A stretch of DNA of 64,000 bases from Phyllobates terribilis (Eukaryota): assembly GCF_046119375.1 (NCBI RefSeq), contig NW_027362764.1:57412001-57476000 (forward strand). The letters run 5' to 3'. Position numbers and translations under genes: made by a program. Positions 1 to 11,400 of this stretch are shown here, piece after piece. The notes beneath the pieces were generated by a model, which ran no database searches, was not told where the DNA came from, and saw only the letters and a list, made by a program, of their open reading frames with translations. The first letter of the stretch is position 1, and every line of letters starts with the position of its first letter.

Positions 1-780
1 ATTTCACAGACTAGTCTAAATGGTGTTGAGCAAACTTTAAACATGCTTGAACATGCTTTTTGTTCAGCAGTGGAGTCTTGCGTGGCGAGCGTGCATACAG
101 GCCATGTAGGTTGAGTCCATTACTTATAGTTTCCTTTAAAACAATTGTACCTGCTGATTTGAGGTCTTTCTGTAGATCTCCACCTTGGCTCTTGGACAGC
201 TCTTCTGATAATTCTTTTCACTCTGTCCGAAATCTTTTGGGGAGCACCTGCTCGTGGCCGGTTTATGGTGAAATGATGTTCTTTCCACTTCCAGATTATG
301 GCCCCAACAGTGCTCACTGGAACCTTCAATAGTTTAGAAATTCTTCTGTAACCAATGCCATCAGTATGTTTTGCATTAATAAGGTTGTGAAGGTCTTGAG
401 ACAGCTCACTGGTTTTACCCATCATGAGATGTTTCTTGTGTGGCACCTTGGTAATGAGACACCTTTTTATAGGCCATCAGTTGAACCAGCTGATATTTTT
501 CACTAGGTGGCAGGATTGCTTTCTAATTACTGATAGATTTCAGCTGGTGACAGGACTTTCCATGGCTTTTTGCATCACTCTTTCGTCATGTGTTCAATAC
601 TTTTTCCCTGTATCATTTCTCATTACACAATTTATGGACACCTATGGTTTGATTTCTTTGCCTTTGTGGATTGGATGGATTGTTACCGACATCTGGTGAG
701 AATTTCATGTCAACAGCACCTTTAGAAATATATTTATTTAGAAATTTGGTGACGTGTTCAATACTTACTTTCACCTGCTG
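1..780 (-). mobile_element. Tc1/mariner DNA transposon remnant (left part outside window)
   Basis: ORF 120-446 encodes a Tc1 paired-like HTH N-terminus (MGKTSELSQDL...GYRRISKLLKVPVSTVGAII...RPRAGAP), then breaks frame. The terminal sequence ...gtgttcaatacttactttcacctgctg is followed by TA at 781-782, and an inner repeat tgtgttcaatac lies near 590. Confidence 0.85.
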
Positions 781-1118
781 TATTAGGGAGTTGTACTACA
801 TGTAGTTTCCTGGCTTCTGTTACTAGCCTGTAAGGGATTGGAACATGGAAGCCTTGAGTCATTATTTGTGTTTTTCTTTTTTGTCTTGTGGTATTCACTG
901 ATCTTTACTGCGCCAAATTCATCAAAATGGCTCACGTGGTTCATGAATTTGGCATAGAGTAAAAAAACGGGCTTCTTTCCTGTCGCTCCTGTTCACCATT
1001 GCTTCTGCTTCCACACGGGACAGACGGATATCCTTGAGGTTTCATTGACTTGGGGTTTTACTGTGATCTCACACTGTGGCCGATCACAGAAGGAACCATG
1101 ATGACCAGACGGTCAAGA

Positions 1119-1258
1119 TTTCTTTATCGCTTCAGTGGGGGACACAGGACCATGGGGTGTATGCTGCTGTCGCTAGGAGGTTGACACTAGGCAAAAAAAA
1201 GGAAAATAGCTCCTCCTCCGCAGTATACACCCGCCTTCAGGCACCAAGCTCACCAGTT
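1119..1258 (+). repeat. DIRS1 left inverted terminal repeat
   Basis: tttctttatcgcttcagtgggggacacaggaccatgggg...caagctcaccagtt is the imperfect reverse complement of about 6968-7094. Confidence 0.9.
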
Positions 1259-2077
1259 TAAGCTTAGTGTCTGTAGGAGGTAGACCTGGCTCCTAACAGA
1301 TCCAACCCTGTTGTGTTTTATTAATCCTTGTTATTTTTCAGATACAGCTCTTCAGGGTTAACAGGGAACACTGCGTCCCGTTATCCCCGTTCTCAAGCGA
1401 CCGAGAGCAGTGTGGCATCCCCCACATCGCCCACTCTCAGACCCGCTGGGCAGGACCTGTCACCTCACGGTGTCTCAGGGTGATTCTCGGTGGCCAGTCC
1501 TTGCCTATTCCCCACCCCAGCCTCCTCCTCGGAGCGTCCTGGAAGGGAGACGGTGGTCCCTGTGGGTGACCTTCCCCCAGATTCTGGGGTCGACACAGTC
1601 TCCTGCACTGTCCAGTACCGGTCAGTGCGGGAAGGAGGAAGAGCCAGGATCCCCCCTATCACGGAGGACCTCCTGTGACCATCCTCAGAAGGGGAGAGGA
1701 AGAAGAGGCATCGGGACCTCAAACAAAGGTACAATCCCTCCCACTCCCCCTCCCCCCCCAAGCCCCTCAGAACATTGGATATGGACACAGCGCTGTCTGC
1801 CAGCGGGTCCTGTAAATCCCATGGATGATATATGGGGGCGTCGCATCGCATGCCCTCCACCGACGCTTACTTACAGCAGCGCTTCCCTGGCCACGCCCCC
1901 TCCCCTCGCATCTTCATGGCGTCTCCCACAGCATGGCATCTCGGCCGATCCCCACAGCCCCCCCCCCTTCTCCTTTATGCGTGGCAAATCTGCCCGTGCT
2001 TTCTCCGTCGGGGGGCGTTCCTCTTACCGGTGAGTATACCCCCCCTCTGACAATCAGCCAATCAGGGCCGAGGAGCA

Positions 2078-3753
2078 ATGGGACGCTTCCTCCACGCCCA
2101 CAGTTCTCCCGGGGACCTATCAGCGGCTGGGTTCTTAAGCCCGCCCCCATTTCTTCCGCCTATCAGAGCCTCGGCTTCCATAAGTCACTCAGGACAGCAC
2201 GCTCTGCTCCTGCCCCTCCCCTCTACGCTGTTTTCTGTTCCTGGCTCCGGCAGCACCTCTCTGCCTGGCTGCTTCAGCACCTCACCTCCTACAGCGGCTC
2301 GCTTCAGCCACAGCTTCGGAGTTTCTGACGGGGGATACGGGACCGTGGATATTCCAGACCGGGTAGGTCCTGCCCTGGCACAGACACACTCCCTTTCCTG
2401 CTCACAGGCTCCCTCCTCTGCAGTATTCCTGGTTAGGCACATACAGTATATGCTCAAACCCAGGGAGCTTTCTGTCCGTTCCGCTCACACAGTTACATAC
2501 TACGCCTGTGCTCTTTGCAGTACAAAGTGGCCCGCGGGTCTGACAACGGCTTTCTGCTCAACCAACAAGCCTCCCACCATGTTGGCACCCCAAGATCCCC
2601 CTGCTGCCCAGGACGAGGTAATTCTCCCTCCTCCGGAATGGGCTGTTGCTATGTCCCAGTCTGTCTCTGACCTCACCAAGGTATCTCAATCTCTGGTGCA
2701 GGTCCTAGAACGCTTGCCCATGCTATCCACGGCCACCAGTGCTCCGAACGTTCCCACGGACAATTCGCAGGAACCCCTGCCCCCTCCTCCTAAGGGCAGA
2801 CCGAGGGCACGTTCTCAGAAACGGACTCACACAAGTTCATCTTCCAGCTCTCCAGACTCCAAAATGCTCCCTGCATCTCACACCTCTTCCCCAGACATAG
2901 CCCCTGGATCTGACACGGCATCAGATTCTGACTCTGGATCCGACGCGGACCAATATTCTAAGATCCAGGACATGGTTGACAGCCTTATATCGGCCGTCAA
3001 TCAGACCCTGCATGTTAAAGAGGACGAAAGCCCTTGTCAGGACTACTCCGTTTCCTTCAAGAGAATTAAGCGCCCGGCACGCACCTTTTCTAACCATACA
3101 GAATTTGACGGTGTCTTTCAGAAACAGTGGGAGCATCCAGAAAAGCGCTTCACTGGAAAGAAACAGTTAGACATGCTATACTCGTCTAACCACGACCTTG
3201 TCAGCAAATGGACGGAGTCTCCATCTGTGGATCCTCCTGTCTCTCGGCCAAGACGGTGCTGTCTCTTCCAGATGGTTCCTCCCTCAAGGACACTACGGAC
3301 AGACAGGTTGAGGCCTTGGCTAAGTCAGCCTTCGAGGCAGCTGGCACCTCCCTGTGTCCTTCTTTCGCCTCAACCTGGGTATCAAAAGCAGTCTCCGCAT
3401 GGGCCAAACAGCTTCGGCAGTTCATCCTAACGGGGGCTTCCCCGGACGATCTGGCTGACCTAGTGGATCAGATCGCCCACGCAGGGAAATATCTGCTCAC
3501 GGCGTCCCTTGACGCCGCTGCCTGTTTAGCCCCCGTCACTAGCAATATCATTGCTATACGTAGAATTCTTTGGCTGAAGGCTTGGAACGCCGACCCGGCC
3601 TCCAAAAAATCACTAACAAATCTCCCTTTTCAGGGCTCCAGGCTGTTTGGGTCTAAGTTAGACCTGATCATTTCTGATGCCACTTGGGGCAAGAGCACCT
3701 CCCTTCCCCAACCGAGACCTAAACGCCCCTTCCCTAGGAGACGTTCCCTTTAG
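2078..3753 (+). pseudogene. DIRS1 ORF1 (gag-like, LAP2alpha-like domain), frameshifted near 3245
   Basis: ORF 2078-3430 has a Cys motif (YACALC...FCS), a Ser/Pro-rich linker and WEHPEKRF...KWTESPSVDPPVSR. It continues in the frame of 3208-3753 (LKDTTDRQVEALAK...RRILWLKAWNADPASK...LPFQGSRLFG). The 5' start is uncertain. Confidence 0.75.
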
Positions 3754-3899
3754 TTCCGGTCCTTTTGTCGGTTCGCTCAACCGGGCCCCTCCTCTCAACA
3801 GCACTGTACCCCAGCACAGCAAGAGAGACGTAAGCCTACCCTTAGGCCCACTCCCAACTGGCGCGCAAAGGGTCGCTCTTCCAAGCCCTCTGGATCCCG

Positions 3900-5676
3900 A
3901 TCACGATCCAACAGATTTTCCTCAGCATGACGGGTCACTCCCACCTGGGACTTCTCCCAGGGTGGGCGGCCGTCTACTTCTGTTCCGAGACTCTTGGGTC
4001 TCGGCAATAGAAGATGCCTGGGTCAAGGAGACTGTGACCTCCGGCTACAAGATCGAATTCAGCGCCATGCCAGGAACTCAATTTCTCAGGTCCCGCCACC
4101 CACATCCATTTCTGCTTCCCGGTTTCCTTCAGGCCATTGCCTCCCTTCTGCACTCAGGAGTCATAGTTCCAGTGCCCCTTCAGGAAAGGTTTTCCGTTTT
4201 TTACTCCAATCTTTTCATTGTTCCCAAAAAGGATGGCTCACTACGTCCGATCCTGGACCTCAAACAACTAAACTGACAGGTACGCATCTGGCACTTCAGA
4301 ATGGAGTCCCTCAGGTCGGTAATCGCCTCGATGGAAGCCGAGGAGTATCTATGTTCAGTGGACATTCAGGATGCGTATCTTCATATTCCAATCTGCGCAG
4401 CACATCAGAAGTTCCTTCGATTTGCCTTCCAGAACACACATTACCAGTTCACTTCCCTCCCCTTCGGGCTTGCCTCCGCCCCGAGGGTTTTCACAAAGGT
4501 AATGGCGCCTGTCATGGCCATTCTATGAGCCAGGGGGATTGTAATTATCCCTTACCTCGACGGCCTATTGATTAAGGGTACCACGTTCAGGGACTGTCTC
4601 CATAGTCTCCAGATCACCTTGAACACGCTCTCTCAGGCTGGTTGATCAACACAGACAAATCCTCCCTGGTCCCATCTCAATGCGTAACCTTTCTAGGGAT
4701 GCAGTTCGACACGACCCATGCCTGGGTCCTTGTCTCGAGGGAAAAGATAACCTCTCTCCATCGGGGGATCCACCTTCTCTCCGACCCAAGTCCACACTCT
4801 CTTCGCCTATGCATGATGAGTGTCCTGGAAAAATGGTGGCAGCTATGGAAACAGTACAGTTTGCCCAGTTCCATACCCGGCCTCTTCAACTGGCCCTTCT
4901 GTCGGCTTGGGACAAGAGCCCGTCGTCTCTAGATCGACGCATCAGGTTACCTCTTCAAGTGAGAAGGTCTCTAACCTTGTGGACCCGCCACTCTTCCTTC
5001 AGACCTGGGAGGTCATTCCTACCGCTTCGCTGGCAGGTGGTCACGACCAATGCCAGCCTCATCGGTTGGGGGGCAGTCTTCCTTCACCACACGGTGCAGG
5101 GCCGGTGGAGTCCCCACGAAGTCTCCCTACTGATCAACATCTTGGAGATAAGGGCAATTTACCTGCCGTTGCGTCACTGGCAGGACATTCTTGCAGGGTT
5201 CCCAGTCCGCGTACAATCGGACAATGCCACGGCTGTGGCGTACATAAACCATCAGGGAGGAACGCGCAGCAAGTCCGTCTTGAAAGAGGTGGCAAGAGTG
5301 CTAGTTTGGGCCGAGAACACAGTTCCGGCCATCTCGGCAGTCCAAACATCCTTTGTAGCCCGGGCCCGCGATCCCCTTGCGATCGCTCAAGACGCTCTAG
5401 TCATATCATGGCCTCAGTTCCAGCTGCCCTATCTTTTTTTCCCCTCTACCATTGATCCCTCGAGTCGTCAAAAAGATCAAGACAGAAGGAGTACCGGTAA
5501 TTCTGGTAGCCCCGGATTGGCCCAGACGCGTCTGGTACGCAGATCTAGTAAACCTGCTCGTCGACTCCCCCTGGAGACTACCGGACCATCCGGACTTCCT
5601 CTCTCAGGGGCCTATTCTTCATCATAGTTCTTGTTCTCTGAATTTAATGGCATGGCTGTTGAGGCCGCAGTGTTGA
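3900..5676 (+). pseudogene. DIRS1 pol: reverse transcriptase, RNase H and DNA adenine methyltransferase-like domain, disrupted
   Basis: RT motifs: FYSNLFIVPKKDGSLRPILDLK, DIQDAYLHIP, YQFTSLPFGLASAPRVFTK, PYLDG (YLDD mutated). RNase H motifs: TTNASLIGWGA, INILEIRAI, QSDNATAVAYINHQGGTRS. MT-like tail: LPYLFFP/LIPRVVKKIK...VILVAPDWPRRVWY. In-frame TGA stops at 4274 and 4526 plus frameshifts. Confidence 0.9.
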
Positions 5677-6693
5677 GGAAGGTGGGTTTTGCGGACAAAA
5701 TCATCCAGACCTTAATTAGTGCCAAAAAACCCGCAACCTCGCGCATATACCACAGAACGTGGAGAGACTTTTTTCGTCACTGCGAGAAAGATCAGCTAGC
5801 TCCCATGTCCTTTTCGTTACCGGTCATTTTGGCCTTTCTTCAGTCTGGCCTGGAAGTGGGACTCTCTCTAAACACTCTCAAAGGCCAACTTTCGGCCTTG
5901 TCCATTCTATTCCAAAGTAACTTGGCTTCCCGTCCTCAGGTCAAGACGTTTCTACAAGGGGTGGCTCACCTGGCGCCGCCTTATCGCCCCCCGGTGGATC
6001 CATGGGACCTTAATATGGTCCTAAGTGTCCTCCAACAGCCCCCGTTTGAACCCATTCAGGACATCTCAGCCTCTCTTCTCTCCTGGAAGGAGGCCTTTCT
6101 GGTGGCTGTTACCTCTATTAGGAGGGTTGCAGAGCTCGCAGCCCTCTCATGTCGGTCGCCCTTTCTGGTCTTCCATCAAGACAAGGTAGTGCTCAGGCCG
6201 GTGCCTTCTTTTTTGCCGAAGGTAGTCTCCTCTTTCCACATCAATTAGGACATTGTTTTGCCTTCCTTCTGCCCGGCCTCCGTGCACTCATGGGAGAAAT
6301 GACTGCACAAACTGGATCTGGTCAGAGCTTTACGTGTGTACCTTTCTAGAACGGCCTCCCTTCGGCGTTTGGGCACCCTGTTTGTCATCCCTAAAGGGCG
6401 TCGCAAAGGTTCTTGCTGCTTCCAAGTCAACCATCGCCCGTTGGATACGTTCGACCATTTTGGAGGCATATGCATCTCGGACAAACCTCCTCCGGGGGGC
6501 TCACTCCACCCGGGCGGTGGGGGCCTCTTGGGCTGTTCGCCATCAGGCTTCGGCTTCTCAGATCTGTAAGGCCGCAAACTGGTCTTCACTCCACACCTTT
6601 TCAAGGTTTTACAAGGTCCACACTTATTCCTCGGCTGATGCCAGTCTTGGACGGAAGGTTCTGCAGGCGGCGGTTGCCTGCAGTCAGACCTAG
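5631..6693 (+). pseudogene. DIRS1 tyrosine recombinase, with a premature TAG at 6246 and later frameshift
   Basis: Catalytic motifs SIRRVAELAAL (R), AHSTRAVGASW (HxxR) and WSSLHTFSRFY (W...Y) are split across ORFs 5631-6248 and 6253-6693. Confidence 0.9.
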
Positions 6694-6742
6694 TCTGTGG
6701 CTATCTTTTGTTCTTCCACCCTAGGGACTGCTTTTGGACGTC

Positions 6743-6840
6743 CCATAGTCCTGTGTCCCCCAATGAAGCGATAAAGAAAGAGGGATTTTTGGTACTCACG
6801 GTAAAATCTCTTTCTTGGGAGCCTTCATTGGGGGACACAG
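6743..6840 (+). repeat. DIRS1 internal complementary region (ICR)
   Basis: First half is complementary to the start of the left ITR. Second half is complementary to the end of the right ITR (7079-7138). Confidence 0.9.
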
Positions 6841-6967
6841 CACCCTCCCTGATTTTGGGCATATGTCCAGTTGGCCCTGTTGGGCATTTAATTTTGTTTT
6901 CACGATTGTGCCCCGATGGGCATTGCATAGTTAATTATTTTATGTTCCTCCTACTGCTTTAGCCACT

Positions 6968-7139
6968 AACTGGTGAGCTTGATGCCTTTAGGCGCGTGTA
7001 TACTGCAGTGGAGGAGATATTTCTTTTTTTTTGCCTAGTGTCAACCTCCTAGCGACAACAGTATACACCCATGGTCCTTCTGTCCCCCAATGAAGGCTCC
7101 AAGAAAGATTTTACGGTGAGTACCAAAAATCCCTCTTTT
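6968..7139 (+). repeat. DIRS1 right inverted terminal repeat with 3' extension
   Basis: Reverse complement of the left ITR up to about 7094, followed by the extension gctccaagaaagattttacggtgagtaccaaaaatccctcttt. Confidence 0.9.
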
Positions 7140-7276
7140 CCTACCAAATACTTCCAACATCCTAGCATTGAAATCCCCCTTTATACACAGTATTACTCTG
7201 TCCTTTAACACTGCAATGAAGCGGACAGCAGCCGTTCCCTTCCCGAATTAACCGTTCAATTGTTAAAATGATGAAA

Positions 7277-7282
7277 TTTATT
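7277..7282 (-). terminator. Candidate AKAP9 polyadenylation signal (AATAAA)
   Basis: tttatt on the + strand, about 1.1 kb downstream of the AKAP9 stop, after an AT-rich UTR-like stretch. No transcript evidence. Confidence 0.45.
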
Positions 7283-8202
7283 TCAGTACTTTTGACAAAA
7301 TACCCAGAAAATTCAAAACTTCTACCATTACAAAAATAGGATCTCTACATATGATATGTTCAATCTGCGATGCCGGTAACAGCAAATGTCCTCAGACGTG
7401 ACAGTCGTTTCCGCCTCCCGTTCCGTAATACATAAAAAGTTCCTCTCACCCCCGCCCTGTGATAAATACATATAAGTTAATCATTTAAATTAGAAATCCA
7501 CATAATGTACAAGTCATCGAACAACTGATTACAAAAAAAAAAAAAATACACAAAAAAAAAAAAAGCGGATATACAGAGATTCACACTGCCGGCTCTGGCG
7601 TCCGATTGTTCTATGGGCGGATGTTGGTCCCACGAGAAGCACGATGCGGGGGAAACGGAAGCAGCGCACTGGTACAAAAGGCAATTCAAGTATTGCAAAA
7701 AAAAGGGCATTATCTTCTTATACTGTAGTGTGTTGTGTTGTTTGTACTCGGCCCTGCGGAGGGGAGAAGGCAGTGTTAGGAAATGCAGAATATTGACTGA
7801 CGTAATAATATTGATGCAGAATATTTACTGCCATAATATTACAGTACTACCAGTACTGCAGAATATTTACTGCCATAATAATATTACAGTACTACCAGTA
7901 CTGGTACTATCAATTATAATTGAGAGTACTGGTGCTGGTAGTACTGTAATAATCCTATAATCCAGGACCCTTGTCAGACATTATTGAACACTGGATGTAG
8001 GTTACCTCGGTATTGACGCCCCCATCTCCCAGCCCCACTAATATTAATGTCAGACGACAAAAGTATTACTTAAAGTAAATTACAAATGAAATGTGTAATT
8101 TATCCATCGCTGACTAGGAGGCATTTTCCTAATATTCTGGCATGGGGCTAAAAACGCTCCTCCAAAAGGAAAGAAAACTTTTATATATCGGAGGTAGATC
8201 CC

Positions 8203-8228
8203 TTATAAACCAATGTCCGACCCTTTAC
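8203..8228 (-). CDS. AKAP9: Possible short alternative terminal coding exon of AKAP9 (GKGSDIGL*)
   Basis: Acceptor ctattttgcaag is phase-compatible with the donor after 8373. No sequence similarity support. Confidence 0.25.
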
Positions 8229-8361
8229 CTTGCAAAATAGGTAAGAATATTAACTGTGCCAGACGTATGAGAATTTTACCAAGATCTGTATTTCTAGACG
8301 ATCTCAGCAAATTCCTCTCCTGCCCGGGAGAGAGGAGTAGAGCCACCACTCGTGTGTCTCT

Positions 8362-8494
8362 CTATACCGTACCTGACGGCATACTTCCTAGTCGTTTCTG
8401 TAAGGCCTCGAGCCGCGCTATATAATCTGTGAGCGCTCGGTCAGGGTCGTAGTTCTGGAGATGGGAGCAGGGACTCAGATCAGAAGACGCGTAC
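8362..8494 (-). CDS. AKAP9: AKAP9 exon w26 (last recognisable coding exon)
   Basis: YASSDLSPCSHLQNYDPDRALTDYIARLEALQKRLGSMPSG. Acceptor ttctcag. Either reads through to TAG at 8362 or uses the donor after 8373. Confidence 0.9.
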
Positions 8495-11400
8495 CTGAGA
8501 AATAAGGGGTGAAGAAATGTCACATCGACTGAGAAAATCCAAAATGATGGAGCGCATGCACACAGGGCCGTATACACACAAGGAGACTTGCACAAAACCA
8601 CAACTCTCACTTGTCATATTGACAGCGCTGCAGCCAATCAGTGAGCTCAGCCACTCAAAGCCACCAAGCTCTGTTATTGTCTGCAGAGCTGTCGACGTGA
8701 CGTCTGCACTGAATGTAAGGTTGGTTACCAACAGTGTTATACATGTGCAACGTGACATTGAGCGTTGTGAAATGCGTGTGCCATCTCCTACAGCTCTGGG
8801 ATAAGGCGCTGACTGCCACTTATCTCTCCGGATATAAATTATCCACCGCAGGCCGCCACCGTACACTTTTATCGCTGTAAATGCAGCAGTAGTTAAAGGA
8901 TGGCCACAATACCTGTGCTGGGAATTCACAGTGGACTGTGGGGAATCAAAGCCAGATCGGGAGCGACAGGACGAAAGCCTCTGGTCCCCGTACATGTCCA
9001 TACTGCCGGCCGGATGATACGGGGAATCCGTCCTCACCTCATTCCCTGCGTGGGATGTAATCGTCAATGTTACTGGCAATTTATAAAAAGACAAAGTGAT
9101 ATAATGCGAAAACGCAATGTACCACTATAAACACCAGACCGCCCAAATGTTCTGTTACTATCGTATGTGAATTACCAAACATGGCTGTATATAGAGGCGC
9201 AGGCTCCTCGCCAGGAGGAGGATTATGTTACCCAGTACAAGTGAATTGATCTCTTTCTACTGCATGTTTTATAGGGTCCCTTTCTACCACATAAAGGGAA
9301 GGAGATGGGATCTGACCTGAGCCCTCCTTCCCCACTGACCTCTTTTATGCTAGTACCACATAAAGGGAAAGCGATGGGATCTGACCTGAGCCCTCCTTCC
9401 GCACTGACCTTTCTTATGCTACTACCACATAAAGGGAAAGCGATGGGATCTGACCTGAGCTCTCCTTCCCCACTGACCTCTTTTATGCTAGTACCACATA
9501 AAGGGAAAGCGATGGGATCTGACCTGAGCCCTCCTTCCGCACTGACCTTTCTTATGCTACTACCACATAAAGGGAAAGTGATGGGATCTGACCTGAGCCC
9601 TCCTTCCCCACTGACCTCTTTTATGCTAGTACCACATAAAGGGAAAGCGATGGGATCTGACCTGAGCTCTCCTTCCCCACTGACCTCTTTTATGCTAGTA
9701 CCACATAAAGGGAAAGCGATGGGATCTGACCTGAGCCCTCCTTCCGCACTGACCTTTCTTATGCTACTACCACATAAAGGGAAAGCGATGGGATCTGACC
9801 TGAGCCCTCCTTCCCCACTGACCTCTTTTTATGCTACTACCACATAAAGGGAAAGCGATGGGATCTGACCTGAGCCCTCCTTCCCCACTGACCTCTTTTT
9901 ATGCTACTACCACATAAAGGGAAAGCGATGGGATCTGACCTGAGCCCTCCTTCCCCAATGACCTCTTTTATGCTACTACCACATAAAGGAAAAGCGATGG
10001 GATCTGACCTGAGCCCTCCTTCCCCACTGACCTCTTATGCTACTACCACATAAAGGGAAGGCGATAGCCGACCTGAGCCCTCCTTCCCCACAGACCTCTT
10101 TTATGCTACTACCACATGTAGGGAATGCGATAGGATCTGACCTGAGCCCTCCTTCCCCACTGACCATTTTTATACTAGTACCACATAAAGGGAAGGCGAT
10201 GGGATCTGACCTGAGCCCTCCTTCCCCACTGACCTCTTTTATGCTACTACCACATAAAGGGAAAGTGATGGGATCTGACCTGAGCCCTCCTTCCCCACTG
10301 ACTTCTTATGCTACTACCACATAAAGGGAAGGCGAAAGGATCTGACCTGAGCCCCCCTTCCCCACTGACCTCTTTTATGCTACTACCACATAAAGGGAAA
10401 GTGATGGGATCTGACCTGAGCCCTCCTTCCCCACTGACCTCTTTTATGCTACTACCACATAAAGGGAAGGCGATAGCTGACCTGAGCCCTCCTTCCCCAC
10501 TGACCTCTTATGCTACTACCACATAAAGGGAAAGTGATGGGATCTGACCTGAGCCCTCCTTCCCCACTGACCTCTTTTATGCTACTACCACATAAAGGGA
10601 AGGCGATAGCTGACCTGAGCCCTCCTTCCCCACTGACCTCTTATGCTACTACCACATAAAGGGAAAGTGATGGGATCTGACCTGAGCCCTCCTTCCCCAC
10701 TGACCTCTTTTATGCTACTACCACATAAAGGGAAGGCGATAGCTGACCTGAGCCCTCCTTCCCCACTGACCTCTTATGCTACTACCACATAAAGGGAAAG
10801 TGATGGGATCTGACCTGAGCCCTCCTTCCTCATTGACCTCTTTTATGCTACTTTTCCCTCCCGTGCAGCTATATTTTGCAGAGCTACCAGACCTAGTCTT
10901 ACCTAGGATTTGGCCAAATCCATTGCGGTTTGCGGTTCCTGCAGCAGGACTTATCGCTCGCTGCCAGCGTCTCACAAGAAACTTCATCCTGAATGAGGGA
11001 TATTAACATAAGAAATAAGTAGCAGAGTTCTGGAAGTACAAATAGGAGTTTCCTTGCCAATGTTATCATGCAGCTCAATGCATTACCTGGATATCGCTAT
11101 TGCTACACGAGCAGCAGAACGGAAGCGAGTAAAGGCCCTGGAGTGCTTAGTAATGACCTCCAGGTCAGTGTAGGACGGCTGCCCACCCATCCTGGCGATC
11201 AGCACCAGCGTGGCCTCCTCACACTCCTGGAACCCTCCCAGCAGAAGGAGGAGATACTTCTTCTGGTACACCAAGGCTTTCCTAAAGCTCTCCGACCGCA
11301 GGTACTTTCCATACACTCTCTGCAAGAAGGATATGGAGCTGGTATGAGCTAAGCGATACCCATATTGTACGCACATACCCCGTATGTATAATGATCTGTA

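Larger units (their letters stand above)
1119..7139 (+). mobile_element. DIRS1-type tyrosine-recombinase retrotransposon, full length but mutated
   Basis: Begins and ends with TTT. Left ITR 1119-1258 is inverted relative to right ITR 6968-7139. ICR lies at 6743-6840. Gag-like, RT/RNase H/methyltransferase-like and tyrosine recombinase reading frames occur in DIRS order. Confidence 0.95.

Noticed and set aside
1410-2328. Several overlapping Pro-rich ORFs at the DIRS1 5' end
   Set aside because: GC-rich leader sequence with no recognisable domain, so I cannot assign a separate gene.
9305-10526. Repetitive ORFs (MGSDLSPPSPLTSFML...)
   Set aside because: The 69-bp unit is a multiple of 3, and frames break wherever unit length varies.
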